From: a virus
Taxonomy: Duplodnaviria; Caudoviricetes
Virus record (IMG/VR): IMGVR_UViG_3300003937_000325
DNA: 64,000 bases
Direction: 5' to 3' (one strand)
In this document: one piece after another, positions 17,149-25,940 of the stretch
How positions within the stretch are numbered: the first letter of the stretch is position 1
Layout of the letters: each line of letters begins with the position of its first letter
The notes under the pieces: model-generated
What the model saw: only the letters and a program-made list of their open reading frames with translations
The model's database searches: none
Told to the model about the DNA's origin: nothing
Made by a program: the position numbers and the translations under genes

Positions 17149-18054
17149 TTACCCTATAATTTTTGTCAACCACTCTTTAAGGTCAATGTAGTTCAAAGTC
17201 CCAAATTTATCATTATATTTAGATATGTCTAACGCATATTTTCTATCATGACCTAATCTATCTTTTACGTATTCAAACTTAACATCTTTACCAACTATCT
17301 CAGATACAATTTTAATTAATTCATTATTAGTTATACGATAACCACTACCAATATTAAAAACTTGATTAACTTCATCCGATAACATTATATTAATTATTGA
17401 TTTCGCATTATCATCGGCATGTATCCATTCTCTAATTTGTTCACCATCACCGTAGACTGGAATAGACTCATCGTTTTTAATCATTTTAATTATCTTAGGT
17501 ACCATCTTTTCGGAGTGTTGATTTTCCCCAAAATTATTACAGGTTCTAGTAATCACGTAAGGTAACCCAAATGTCCTACCAGCTGACTGCACTATTAAGT
17601 CTGAGGAGGCTTTAGTTGCAGAATAGTATGATGACCCAACCAACGAAAATTCTTCATCAGCGGACACCTCTAAACCATAATCATTCATATCCCCATATAC
17701 TTCATCTGTAGAAATATGTATAAATTTCTTTAGACCTTTAACCTTTAGTGCTAATTCAACCATATTAAACGTACCCTCAACGTTAGTCCTTACAAATGGT
17801 CTACCATCTTTGATTGAGTTATCTACATGTGATTCAGCCGCAAAATGAACTACGTAATCACAGTCAGGTAATTCAGTCAAATTACATATATCTTCTTTAA
17901 TAAATTTAACCTGAGTATTGATATTGTTAGGGTTAGATGCATATGTGAGTTTATCTATAACTGTTATTTCACAATCATTTATCTCACTATTTAATTTGTT
18001 TACGAAATGTGACCCTATGAACCCCATTCCACCTGTAACTACTATTTTTATCAT
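17149..18054 (-). CDS. rfbB: dTDP-glucose 4,6-dehydratase
   Basis: VTGGMGFIGS, HFAAESHVDNSI, HISTDEVYG, YSATK, REWIHADD, DRLGHDRKYALD. Confidence 0.92.
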   Translation of the reverse strand: MIKIVVTGGMGFIGSHFVNKLNSEINDCEITVIDKLTYASNPNNINTQVKFIKEDICNLTELPDCDYVVHFAAESHVDNSIKDGRPFVRTNVEGTFNMVELALKVKGLKKFIHISTDEVYGDMNDYGLEVSADEEFSLVGSSYYSATKASSDLIVQSAGRTFGLPYVITRTCNNFGENQHSEKMVPKIIKMIKNDESIPVYGDGEQIREWIHADDNAKSIINIMLSDEVNQVFNIGSGYRITNNELIKIVSEIVGKDVKFEYVKDRLGHDRKYALDISKYNDKFGTLNYIDLKEWLTKIIG

Positions 18055-20426
18055 TGTTCTACTTTTGAAACGTTATTATCTTTATTTATTTTTACCACAC
18101 TATCGGCCCATTGACTAACTAAAGGATTATGAGTTATCACAAATATTTTCTCGAAATACTCTTTAATCTTTTGGAAGAATTGAGACACCATTTCTAAATT
18201 CTCATTAGATATTTTACCAAATACCTCATCAAACACAACTATGTTTGGTTTCGGTAAAGAACATACCTTACTTAAAACCGCCCTTAACGCCAATGAAGCT
18301 ATAGACCTTTCATATCCTGAACCTGAACTCATTAATTTTTCAATACCAGTATTATTATCTATCATCCAAAATTCAACCTCATCTTTTTCAGATATCCTAA
18401 CCTCCAATTTAAACTCTGCAGAATCAATCAATAACCTTTGTAATTCTGAATTAATTACCGGTGTCATACTTCTCATAATCATTTTGGTTATACCTTTTTT
18501 ACCAAATAATTCTAAGTAAATTTTATATAACCTTAATTTCTTTTCTTCATCTTTTATTCTAATAATAAAACTATTATTCTCATCAATCTTAGAATTACGG
18601 TTTTTAATATTATTTTTTGAATCACTTATTTTAGTATTAACACCGTCTCTTTCAACTGTTAAAACATCCAACCTCATATCTGCTTTGAGAATGGTCTCAT
18701 CAATTTTTTTATTTTCCTCTAATTTTATTTGAACCTCTTTGAATCTTTTAAGTTTATCTTCCAAACTACCTTTTTTAAGTTCCAAAGTTTCAAGTTGAAT
18801 TTCAAATTTTTCCTTTATAAGTTTGTTTCTTTCATAGGTATCAAAATCTTTTTTAAGATTTACGAAAGATTGTTCTTGAAGTGACAACTCCTTTAATTTA
18901 AGAGTAGAACGACTTATACCTATATTAATATCCTCTAATTCTTTTTTTCTCTTTTCTGTGTAAGTTGACTGAGCCAAAACGATACCACAGTATTGACACT
19001 CTAATCCATCTTCAAACGTTTTTAATTCTTCAATGATATCTTCTTTTTTCGAAGACATTGTACCCTCATTAACCTTTTCAGTTGATAACTTTTCTTTTAT
19101 TTGGTCGTGTTCATCTTCATGGTAATATTTTGAAGGTTCAACTACATTGATTGAAGTAAGTTCTTTAAGTGCTACACCTATTTTTGACCCATATTCTTTA
19201 ATCTCATCTTTCATTGATTCAGGGTTAATTCTAAGTAACTCATCATCTAACCCTATGTGTTTTTTTCTAATCAAATCGTCTCTATAACCCTGACCTTTCT
19301 CAATACGACTATTAACATCACTAAGTTCATCAACATATTTCAGTATGTTTAAATTCTCTTGTTCAATATCGATTTTCGCAATTTCATTCTCTTCCTTTAA
19401 TGATTCAATATTATATATATTTGAAATCATTCCCTTACTATAGTTTGAAGTAATTTCTTTAGCTACGTCTTCTTTTAACTTAAGAGAATCTAACCCTAAA
19501 AATCTTGATAAAACTTGTCCTCTAGCGGTGGGTTTAGAATCAATTAATTCCTCTAAATTAGTCGAAGTAGTTAGTATAGTCATTAAGAAATCATCCATAG
19601 TTCCTATAGATTTCTTTATAAACTCTTCGGTTTCCCTTCTTTGTTCACCTGTAAAATTTTGTAAACTACCGTCAGACAATTTTTTGAAAAATTCTAAACT
19701 AGTACTAACAGTGTAATCTGTTTTATTTCTTTTTAGTTTACGATTGACTTCCCTAACTATGATGTAATCCTCACCATCAATTTGAATTTCACCTTTAACT
19801 ACTACTTTATCTTTATTTCTAAATCGATTAAAAATTTCTTCAGCTTTATTAGTCTTAGTTGTCGTGTTAAAGAATAAAAATAGTAAAAGGTCCACAGTCA
19901 AAACCGTTTTACCACCAAAGTTAGGTGGATTAGATTCTACCGCAGTAATACCTTCTACTTTTTCAAAATCTAAAACTTGTTTGTCACCAAATGATAGAAA
20001 GTTAGAGAATTCAATATTTTTTATGTACCACTTTTTAAATGGTGTTATATCCGCCTTTTCGGAAGCAATTTTATCCTCCACTAATAAATCAATGTTTAAT
20101 ACTTCATCTAAACTTTTTTCATACCCATTAGCAATTAGATATTTTTTTATTAACTCTTTTTGAAAATTTTCATCTAATATATTCATAGAAACGTCTACGG
20201 ATTGCACATCCATATCTTCCGTCTTAACTTTCGTTATTACGTTTACATTCTTAGATTTATATTTTTTTTCAAAATAAGACCTAACTCTCTTTAGTCTTTC
20301 CTGAGTAAAATTATCTGGAGTATCTTCCCAAACAACTTGAATATAAGGATTTTCTAAAGTATCAACATCTAGTTTATGACTCATATAACTGTAATTTAAT
20401 TCTTTTGGCGGATTAAACAAATCCAT
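18051..20426 (-). CDS. Rad50/SbcC/gp46-like SMC ATPase with ~128-aa N-terminal extension
   Basis: NFLSFG, NFGGKT (Walker A variant), coiled coil with CQYC zinc hook, SSGSGYE signature, VVFDEVFG Walker B, VITHN. Confidence 0.9.
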   Translation of the reverse strand: MDLFNPPKELNYSYMSHKLDVDTLENPYIQVVWEDTPDNFTQERLKRVRSYFEKKYKSKNVNVITKVKTEDMDVQSVDVSMNILDENFQKELIKKYLIANGYEKSLDEVLNIDLLVEDKIASEKADITPFKKWYIKNIEFSNFLSFGDKQVLDFEKVEGITAVESNPPNFGGKTVLTVDLLLFLFFNTTTKTNKAEEIFNRFRNKDKVVVKGEIQIDGEDYIIVREVNRKLKRNKTDYTVSTSLEFFKKLSDGSLQNFTGEQRRETEEFIKKSIGTMDDFLMTILTTSTNLEELIDSKPTARGQVLSRFLGLDSLKLKEDVAKEITSNYSKGMISNIYNIESLKEENEIAKIDIEQENLNILKYVDELSDVNSRIEKGQGYRDDLIRKKHIGLDDELLRINPESMKDEIKEYGSKIGVALKELTSINVVEPSKYYHEDEHDQIKEKLSTEKVNEGTMSSKKEDIIEELKTFEDGLECQYCGIVLAQSTYTEKRKKELEDINIGISRSTLKLKELSLQEQSFVNLKKDFDTYERNKLIKEKFEIQLETLELKKGSLEDKLKRFKEVQIKLEENKKIDETILKADMRLDVLTVERDGVNTKISDSKNNIKNRNSKIDENNSFIIRIKDEEKKLRLYKIYLELFGKKGITKMIMRSMTPVINSELQRLLIDSAEFKLEVRISEKDEVEFWMIDNNTGIEKLMSSGSGYERSIASLALRAVLSKVCSLPKPNIVVFDEVFGKISNENLEMVSQFFQKIKEYFEKIFVITHNPLVSQWADSVVKINKDNNVSKVEQ

Positions 20427-20433
20427 TTTAACT

Positions 20434-20646
20434 CTATAACTTTATGTTAAGTGGTTGTTCATTCTCAACAACCTCATTATTTTCAGTTTCCGCTGATAAT
20501 GTTTTTCTATACTCCTCTAACTGTTTAGTCATCTCAGCAGTATACTGTTCTTGCATTTTTCTTTGCATCCCCTTAATTTTAGCGTTTCTCGCTTGAACTC
20601 TTTTACGGTGAGCCGTAGCTCCACCTCTTGTTTTACTTTTTGGCAT
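20434..20646 (-). CDS. small basic/coiled-coil hypothetical protein
   Basis: 70-aa ORF MPKSKTRGGATAHRKRV... Confidence 0.65.
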   Translation of the reverse strand: MPKSKTRGGATAHRKRVQARNAKIKGMQRKMQEQYTAEMTKQLEEYRKTLSAETENNEVVENEQPLNIKL

Positions 20647-20663
20647 AATTTTAATTATTTATC

Positions 20664-20670
20664 TATTTAT
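20664..20670 (+). promoter_or_regulatory. TATTTAT putative late promoter element (second copy at 20656..20662)
   Basis: TATTTAT-taat-ATG at 20675, same spacing and spacer as at 7292. Confidence 0.5.
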
Positions 20671-20674
20671 TAAT

Positions 20675-20881
20675 ATGAGAGAACTAATAACAAAAATACT
20701 TTCCAATAAACTGGTAAAACTTTTATTTTCAGTCTCAATTATTGTTTCAACTATACCATCAATTATACAAGATTTTAATGGAGTAGTCAACAATGGTTAT
20801 ACACATTATGGATTAATGTTTGTAGGTATTATGTACGGAATGGAAAGTTTATTATGGATTATGGACATATGGAAAAAATAG
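20675..20881 (+). CDS. small two-TM membrane protein
   Basis: hydrophobic LLFSVSIIVSTIPSII and YGLMFVGIMYGMESLLWIM segments. Confidence 0.65.
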   Translation: MRELITKILSNKLVKLLFSVSIIVSTIPSIIQDFNGVVNNGYTHYGLMFVGIMYGMESLLWIMDIWKK

Positions 20882-21279
20882 AATCATTTAACAAAAAAGT
20901 TATTGAATTAGAAAAAGGGTTAGAAAGTAACCACCCTAACTTTGATGAGATGGACCTTTATCAACTTAAAAAAGAAATGTTACTTTATAAATTAGATAAC
21001 CCTAATGATACTAAGATTGACACCCTATTATCCCTAATGGATAATCTTGATACCGCTTTCGATAAAGACCAAACTGAAAAAATGAACCGTAAGTTAAACT
21101 TACTTACGATATGGTCTACTATTTTCTTACCGTTATCTTTCTACACCGGTATGTGGGGAATGAATTTTGATGATGTACCTTTACTAACTGGTGACCACGG
21201 ATTTTGGGTATTTTTAGGTTTAACAATATTAACTATTGTTGGGATGTTCTATTATTTTAAGAAAAATAAGTGGTTTTAA
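20869..21279 (+). CDS. truncated (mini) CorA-family Mg2+ channel: stalk + two TM helices
   Basis: MNRKLNLLTIWSTIFLPLSFYTGMWGMNFDDVP: CorA TM1 with GMN signature, then TM2 and basic KKNKW tail; only ~136-141 aa. Confidence 0.85.
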   Translation: MEKIESFNKKVIELEKGLESNHPNFDEMDLYQLKKEMLLYKLDNPNDTKIDTLLSLMDNLDTAFDKDQTEKMNRKLNLLTIWSTIFLPLSFYTGMWGMNFDDVPLLTGDHGFWVFLGLTILTIVGMFYYFKKNKWF

Positions 21280-21497
21280 TTGAAATAGTAATTAATCATA
21301 TTATCTACATTTCCATTAGAAAATCCACCCATTAAGAGTACGTATACTAAGTACATCCAACCAAATAAATAATGAATAACTAACCAAAGTAATGATTTAT
21401 TAAAGTACCAACTTACTAATAAAGCGATGACTTTATAAACCATTCTCCAATCACCAGGTACTAAATAATACCTAACTTCTTTTATTTCATTATCCAT
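21276..21497 (-). CDS. small membrane protein
   Basis: hydrophobic Y/W-rich helices; start set at MDNEIKE. Confidence 0.6.
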   Translation of the reverse strand: MDNEIKEVRYYLVPGDWRMVYKVIALLVSWYFNKSLLWLVIHYLFGWMYLVYVLLMGGFSNGNVDNMINYYFN

Positions 21498-21831
21498 TAC
21501 CTTTTGTTTCCTCGAACCATTCCACAATCGTGTTAATCATCCAAACACCACCTGAAGCTAACATACCATCAAAAAATACCCCAAACGCCATATTAACTCC
21601 TAAAACCTCAACAAATGGTGACCAAATAAAACTCATTAAAAACCCAACCCATGTTGAGGTACACATCATACAAGATATTAATCCTGATAGAAATACTCCC
21701 ATGAAGTTAAATATTGATAGTCTATTTTCCGCCCATCTATGTAAACCGTCTCTTAATCCTTTAAAAATTGAACCATACACTAATATCTGACTCATTCCGT
21801 ACGCTGCTATTAACCAAATTACTAATTCCAT
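21490..21831 (-). CDS. membrane protein, DUF1360-like
   Basis: LISCMMCTSTWVG CxxC motif within three TM helices. Confidence 0.65.
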   Translation of the reverse strand: MELVIWLIAAYGMSQILVYGSIFKGLRDGLHRWAENRLSIFNFMGVFLSGLISCMMCTSTWVGFLMSFIWSPFVEVLGVNMAFGVFFDGMLASGGVWMINTIVEWFEETKGNG

Positions 21832-22664
21832 TACTTATATATATTATCGTTTAAATTTGTAGAACCCATAAATTTACCCTTTATTGGTCCTTTTATTTTT
21901 TCTAATTCTACAACATTATTCTCAATTTGTAAAATCTTTTCATCTTTTTTTCTTATCTCATCTTTCATCTTTGATATGGTTTCCTGTAGTAATAACAATT
22001 TATCTTTATTAACTACTTTAACCTCTTTGATGACTTCAATAGGTTTTTCAACTATTACCTCTTTAATAACTTCAATAACCTTCTCAACTTCTGTAGGTGG
22101 TTTGTTTAATTCAATATCTAAAGTTTGTCTAAGTTCATCTAAACTTTCATCTTTCTTAGAAATCTCTTGAGATAACTCTTTATTCACCCCCTCCAACTTA
22201 GTAATTTTACTACCAAGTTCTTTAACTTGTTCATCATCGGTAATGTATACCTCTTTTTCAACTATTACTTCTTTAGGTTTTTCAACTTCTACAATTTTCT
22301 CAACCTCAACAATTACTTCCTTTTCTACCTCTTTAATAACTTCAAAAGGTACTTCTTTTATAACTTCTACAGTTATTTGTTTTTCAACTATTTTTTCTAC
22401 AGGTATTTCTTTAATTACTACTTTTTCAATAATTTTTTCAACCTCGATAGGTACTTCCTTTATAACCTCTTTTTCAATTATTTTCTCTTCAAATACAATT
22501 TGTTCACCATCATCAGTTGTTAGTAAACCATATTTTTCAATCTGATATCCTTTACTAAAACATATCTTAATAAACTTCTCAAAATCTAATTCGTTTAGTT
22601 TACAGAAACTTTTAATATCCTTTATCTCTTTTGTGGTAAGACTAATAATTGGTGAGTTGCTCAT
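21831..22664 (-). CDS. low-complexity V/I-E-K repeat protein (articulin/alveolin-like repeats)
   Basis: many copies of EVIKEVP / VEKIVEK / EVIVEK interleaved with coiled-coil segments. Confidence 0.7.
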   Translation of the reverse strand: MSNSPIISLTTKEIKDIKSFCKLNELDFEKFIKICFSKGYQIEKYGLLTTDDGEQIVFEEKIIEKEVIKEVPIEVEKIIEKVVIKEIPVEKIVEKQITVEVIKEVPFEVIKEVEKEVIVEVEKIVEVEKPKEVIVEKEVYITDDEQVKELGSKITKLEGVNKELSQEISKKDESLDELRQTLDIELNKPPTEVEKVIEVIKEVIVEKPIEVIKEVKVVNKDKLLLLQETISKMKDEIRKKDEKILQIENNVVELEKIKGPIKGKFMGSTNLNDNIYK

Positions 22665-23424
22665 GTCCTTTCTCTAAATCTTCAATATTTGTTATTTTAA
22701 AAGATAAAAATGGTCGAGGATTAGTTAAATCAACAAACTCATAAGTATCTTCATCTACACTATAAATACCAAACCCATGTTTAGTTATACTCTCTCCAAA
22801 GTTCTGTTGAATAGTCGAACCGACCATATATGCTTTTTTATTATTAGGTATATCAATTACTTGTCTTTTATGAATATCTCCACATAATAACACATCTAAA
22901 CCTTTAAATTTTTTTATATCGTAAGCATGGTCCCCAAAACCGTAACCAGTATCAGTAACTAATCCCTGTATTGGGTCATGAAACAATCCCACTTTATATC
23001 CTTTAGCATTCGATATTTCAGGTGGTATATTACCTTGAAATTGAGAATATACACACCAACTTATATTATCGTCCTCATAAATCCCTCGGTCTCTATAGTA
23101 CACAATTTCAGGGTTTTTAAGTGAATCTATAATAGGTGTTAATGCGTCTAATCTATTAAGATTATTATTTAAAAAGTCATGATTACCAGGAATAAGTACT
23201 GTTTTAGATATTTTACTACATTCTGTAAGTATCCAAGCTACAACTTCAATAAGTTCAGGTGTCATTTGATTTTTACTATGAACCAAATCACCCGTAAAAA
23301 CAATTCGGTCAGGCTTTATATCTTTAAATTTATTTAACATATCAGTTATAATACGCTTATATAAATCGTGGTCTTTAAATAACCTCAAATGTAGGTCTGA
23401 AAAATGTACTATATTTTTTATCAT
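22642..23424 (-). CDS. Mre11/SbcD/gp47-like metallophosphoesterase nuclease (catalytic domain only)
   Basis: HFSDLH, FTGDLVH, PGNHD, LFHDP, CGDIHKRQ, GSTIQQNFGE; start at ATGA overlap with cysK stop. Confidence 0.9.
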   Translation of the reverse strand: MIKNIVHFSDLHLRLFKDHDLYKRIITDMLNKFKDIKPDRIVFTGDLVHSKNQMTPELIEVVAWILTECSKISKTVLIPGNHDFLNNNLNRLDALTPIIDSLKNPEIVYYRDRGIYEDDNISWCVYSQFQGNIPPEISNAKGYKVGLFHDPIQGLVTDTGYGFGDHAYDIKKFKGLDVLLCGDIHKRQVIDIPNNKKAYMVGSTIQQNFGESITKHGFGIYSVDEDTYEFVDLTNPRPFLSFKITNIEDLEKGHEQLTNY

Positions 23425-24296
23425 AAACAACTAAAATATCTATCTCCCCTATCACAAAGGAAGGTTATTACAGGACCATCAGGATTATATTTTTCAACAT
23501 ATCTTTCTGCGGCTAATATATTGGAACCCGCTGAAATACCTACAAACATACCGTGTTCTTTAGCTAACTTACGTGCCCTTAATTTTGCGTCCTCAGTACT
23601 AATAGTAATGATTTTATCAACAACAGTCAAATCAACTAAAAATTTTGAACCATCTCCTATCCCTTGTATACCGTGTAAACCTGGTTCACCACCACTCATC
23701 ACAGGAGACTCTTCAGGTTCCACAGCAACTATATCCATATTAAGATAATACATTTTTAACATTGGACCGACACCCATTAGTGTACCACCTGTACCTGTAC
23801 CACTGATTATTGCACTAGGTTCTATACAAATATTTCTACACTGATGTAATATTTCAACCGCAGTTCCCTCTTTATGTGATTCAACATTTAAAGGGTTATT
23901 AAATTGGTCACAATTAAACCAACCATTCACTTCACACATTTCATCTCTAAGTGCAATAGCGTCATCAAACGCACCAGCATCCACCTCAATAAGTTCTGCA
24001 CCATAAAGTTTTAGGGTTTTCTTACGTTCCATTGACATGTTGTTAGGCATAATGATAACACACTTATACCCTCGTTCCGCAGCTAACCAAGCAAAGCTAA
24101 CACCCATATTTCCAGAAGTGGCTTCACATATAGTCCCACCAGGTAATAGGGTTCCATTTTTTTCTGCTGTATTAATAATGTGTGATGCAGGTCTATCTTT
24201 GATAGAACCCGTTGGATTTAATAACTCAACCTTAGCATATATTTTATCACTAATCTTAAGTAATGGCGTAACACCTACATTGTCTGATAATTTCAT
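23421..24296 (-). CDS. cysK: cysteine synthase (O-acetylserine sulfhydrylase), PLP-dependent
   Basis: KVELLNPTGSIKDR (PLP Lys), EATSGNMG, GTGTGGT, HGIQGIG, GISAGSN. Confidence 0.9.
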   Translation of the reverse strand: MKLSDNVGVTPLLKISDKIYAKVELLNPTGSIKDRPASHIINTAEKNGTLLPGGTICEATSGNMGVSFAWLAAERGYKCVIIMPNNMSMERKKTLKLYGAELIEVDAGAFDDAIALRDEMCEVNGWFNCDQFNNPLNVESHKEGTAVEILHQCRNICIEPSAIISGTGTGGTLMGVGPMLKMYYLNMDIVAVEPEESPVMSGGEPGLHGIQGIGDGSKFLVDLTVVDKIITISTEDAKLRARKLAKEHGMFVGISAGSNILAAERYVEKYNPDGPVITFLCDRGDRYFSCL

Positions 24297-24691
24297 CTTA
24301 TACTTTTAAATTTGGAATGTATGAATCTATTTATTTTTTCCCATCGACTAAGTCCTGAACCCCACATAACTCTGTCGGTCATATCGATACACCAATTATC
24401 CCACTTTTCGAATAAAAATAAAATATCAACTGTTAATTCACCTGAATGTGTTACTGTTGGAAAATACCATGTAACTTCAAACAATGACCCTGACCATACA
24501 AACCCTTTATCAATATTAAGTATTTGAAACCCAAATTTATGATTATCACCACCTAAGTAGAGATTAAGCAAACTAATCTTTGTTGTCCATCGATTTGTCT
24601 TCCAAGCTATTTTTTGTAGTTTTTTTCTCATTTTTTTTATTATTTTTTTCTTCATTCCACATTTCATCCCAAAAATAAAATTCGTTTTCAT
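24293..24691 (-). CDS. hypothetical protein
   Basis: 132-aa ORF in operon; true start uncertain (may be MRKKLQKIAW). Confidence 0.6.
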   Translation of the reverse strand: MKTNFIFGMKCGMKKKIIKKMRKKLQKIAWKTNRWTTKISLLNLYLGGDNHKFGFQILNIDKGFVWSGSLFEVTWYFPTVTHSGELTVDILFLFEKWDNWCIDMTDRVMWGSGLSRWEKINRFIHSKFKSIR

Positions 24692-24699
24692 CTGTCATA

Positions 24700-24933
24700 T
24701 CACATATACACATTAGGTGGTTTACCGGGAAAATCCATATCATCATCTTGATTAGGTTCCCGTATGATTATTGGTTGAGTCGGTGGACCCTCCCTTCGTA
24801 TAATTACCTCAGTATTTTCAGTTAAATCAACTTCCTCAACTTTATTTTTAATATGTCTAATATCATCAACACTTAAATTAACTTTACCCTGTATGAATCC
24901 ATCAATCCATATTACAAAATCTCTACTTTTCAT
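24700..24933 (-). CDS. hypothetical protein
   Basis: 77-aa ORF overlapping the upstream gene. Confidence 0.65.
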   Translation of the reverse strand: MKSRDFVIWIDGFIQGKVNLSVDDIRHIKNKVEEVDLTENTEVIIRREGPPTQPIIIREPNQDDDMDFPGKPPNVYM

Positions 24934-25150
24934 TTCCTAATATATTAAATTCTTTATTTATATGTGCACATTCAGTGCAAACATAAGTTTCCATCGGAAC
25001 TAATTCATCAGTTGCTGAACCCGTTAGTAATTTACTAACTTTTTTAATGATAGTAACTTTATCATAAAAAATATTTTCACATTTTTCACATTCTACATTA
25101 GGTAAATCTAATGGATTTACTCTCATTTGGTTATTATTTCCTATATCCAT
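24923..25150 (-). CDS. small zinc-ribbon protein
   Basis: CEKC ... CTEC pair of CxxC motifs. Confidence 0.7.
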   Translation of the reverse strand: MDIGNNNQMRVNPLDLPNVECEKCENIFYDKVTIIKKVSKLLTGSATDELVPMETYVCTECAHINKEFNILGNEK

Positions 25151-25153
25151 ATC

Positions 25154-25789
25154 TTATCTTTTTACTGAACAAAATGAAACGATAATATACCTTTGTCCTG
25201 TTTCCACAGGTAATCCCCCATGCCAATGAGTTATTTGACCAGGATGAATTGATATGTCACCTTTCTTTCCTTTTAATTTAGAATTTTGATTTGGGAAGTA
25301 CGTTCCCCCACCTTCAAAATCTTCGTTTAATGTCACTACGGTTGTTATCTGACTCGCATCATGATGTAGTGATAAATGATACTGAGCATATGGGTGATAT
25401 CTTGCTATGAAATTTTCACTACTCATATTTAACCATGAATTACCCTCTAATTTAAATAACTTATAACTTAATGGCCATATATATTTTTTTAATACCTTTT
25501 GATATGTATCACCTAAACCAATAGTACCTAAAACCATATCGGTTGTTGGATAACTTTCGTGTCTATCAACAGTCCAGCAATTACAAGCCTCAGCCTCTTC
25601 CATAATAAAATCACAAAACTCATCCGTAAATGCAGGAATAGTATATATATTTAATAATTCTTCATGAACATATAACTCCCAATTATCAGACATTAGTTCT
25701 GGTTTTAAGAATCTACGTTCCCACTCCGCTGGATTATCATCATATGTATACAACTCAGGATGAATATAATTACTATGTTTAACTTCCAT
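25154..25789 (-). CDS. 2OG-Fe(II) oxygenase resembling the lysyl hydroxylase (PLOD) catalytic domain
   Basis: FTDEFCD, YPTTD, FIARY, LSLHHDAS (HxD), FEGGGTYF, HPGQITHWHGGLP (distal His), GQRYIIVSF. Confidence 0.85.
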   Translation of the reverse strand: MEVKHSNYIHPELYTYDDNPAEWERRFLKPELMSDNWELYVHEELLNIYTIPAFTDEFCDFIMEEAEACNCWTVDRHESYPTTDMVLGTIGLGDTYQKVLKKYIWPLSYKLFKLEGNSWLNMSSENFIARYHPYAQYHLSLHHDASQITTVVTLNEDFEGGGTYFPNQNSKLKGKKGDISIHPGQITHWHGGLPVETGQRYIIVSFCSVKR

Positions 25790-25940
25790 TATTTTCTTTT
25801 TTATCTCTTTTATAATTTAGATATATCATACCAAAACATAACCCAAACATAAATGATGGGAGTTGCCCACCCGTTTCTCTACCAATTAGAAAAAATATGA
25901 TTCCAAGAACCATTAAAAAATTATTAGATATTCTAATCAC
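25779..25940 (-). CDS. 53-aa two-TM peptide between the oxygenases (not in ORF track)
   Basis: GTG start; MIRISNNFLMVLGIIFFLIGRETGGQLPSFMFGLCFGMIYLNYKRDKKENNGS*; overlaps both neighbours. Confidence 0.55.
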   Translation of the reverse strand: MIRISNNFLMVLGIIFFLIGRETGGQLPSFMFGLCFGMIYLNYKRDKKENNGS

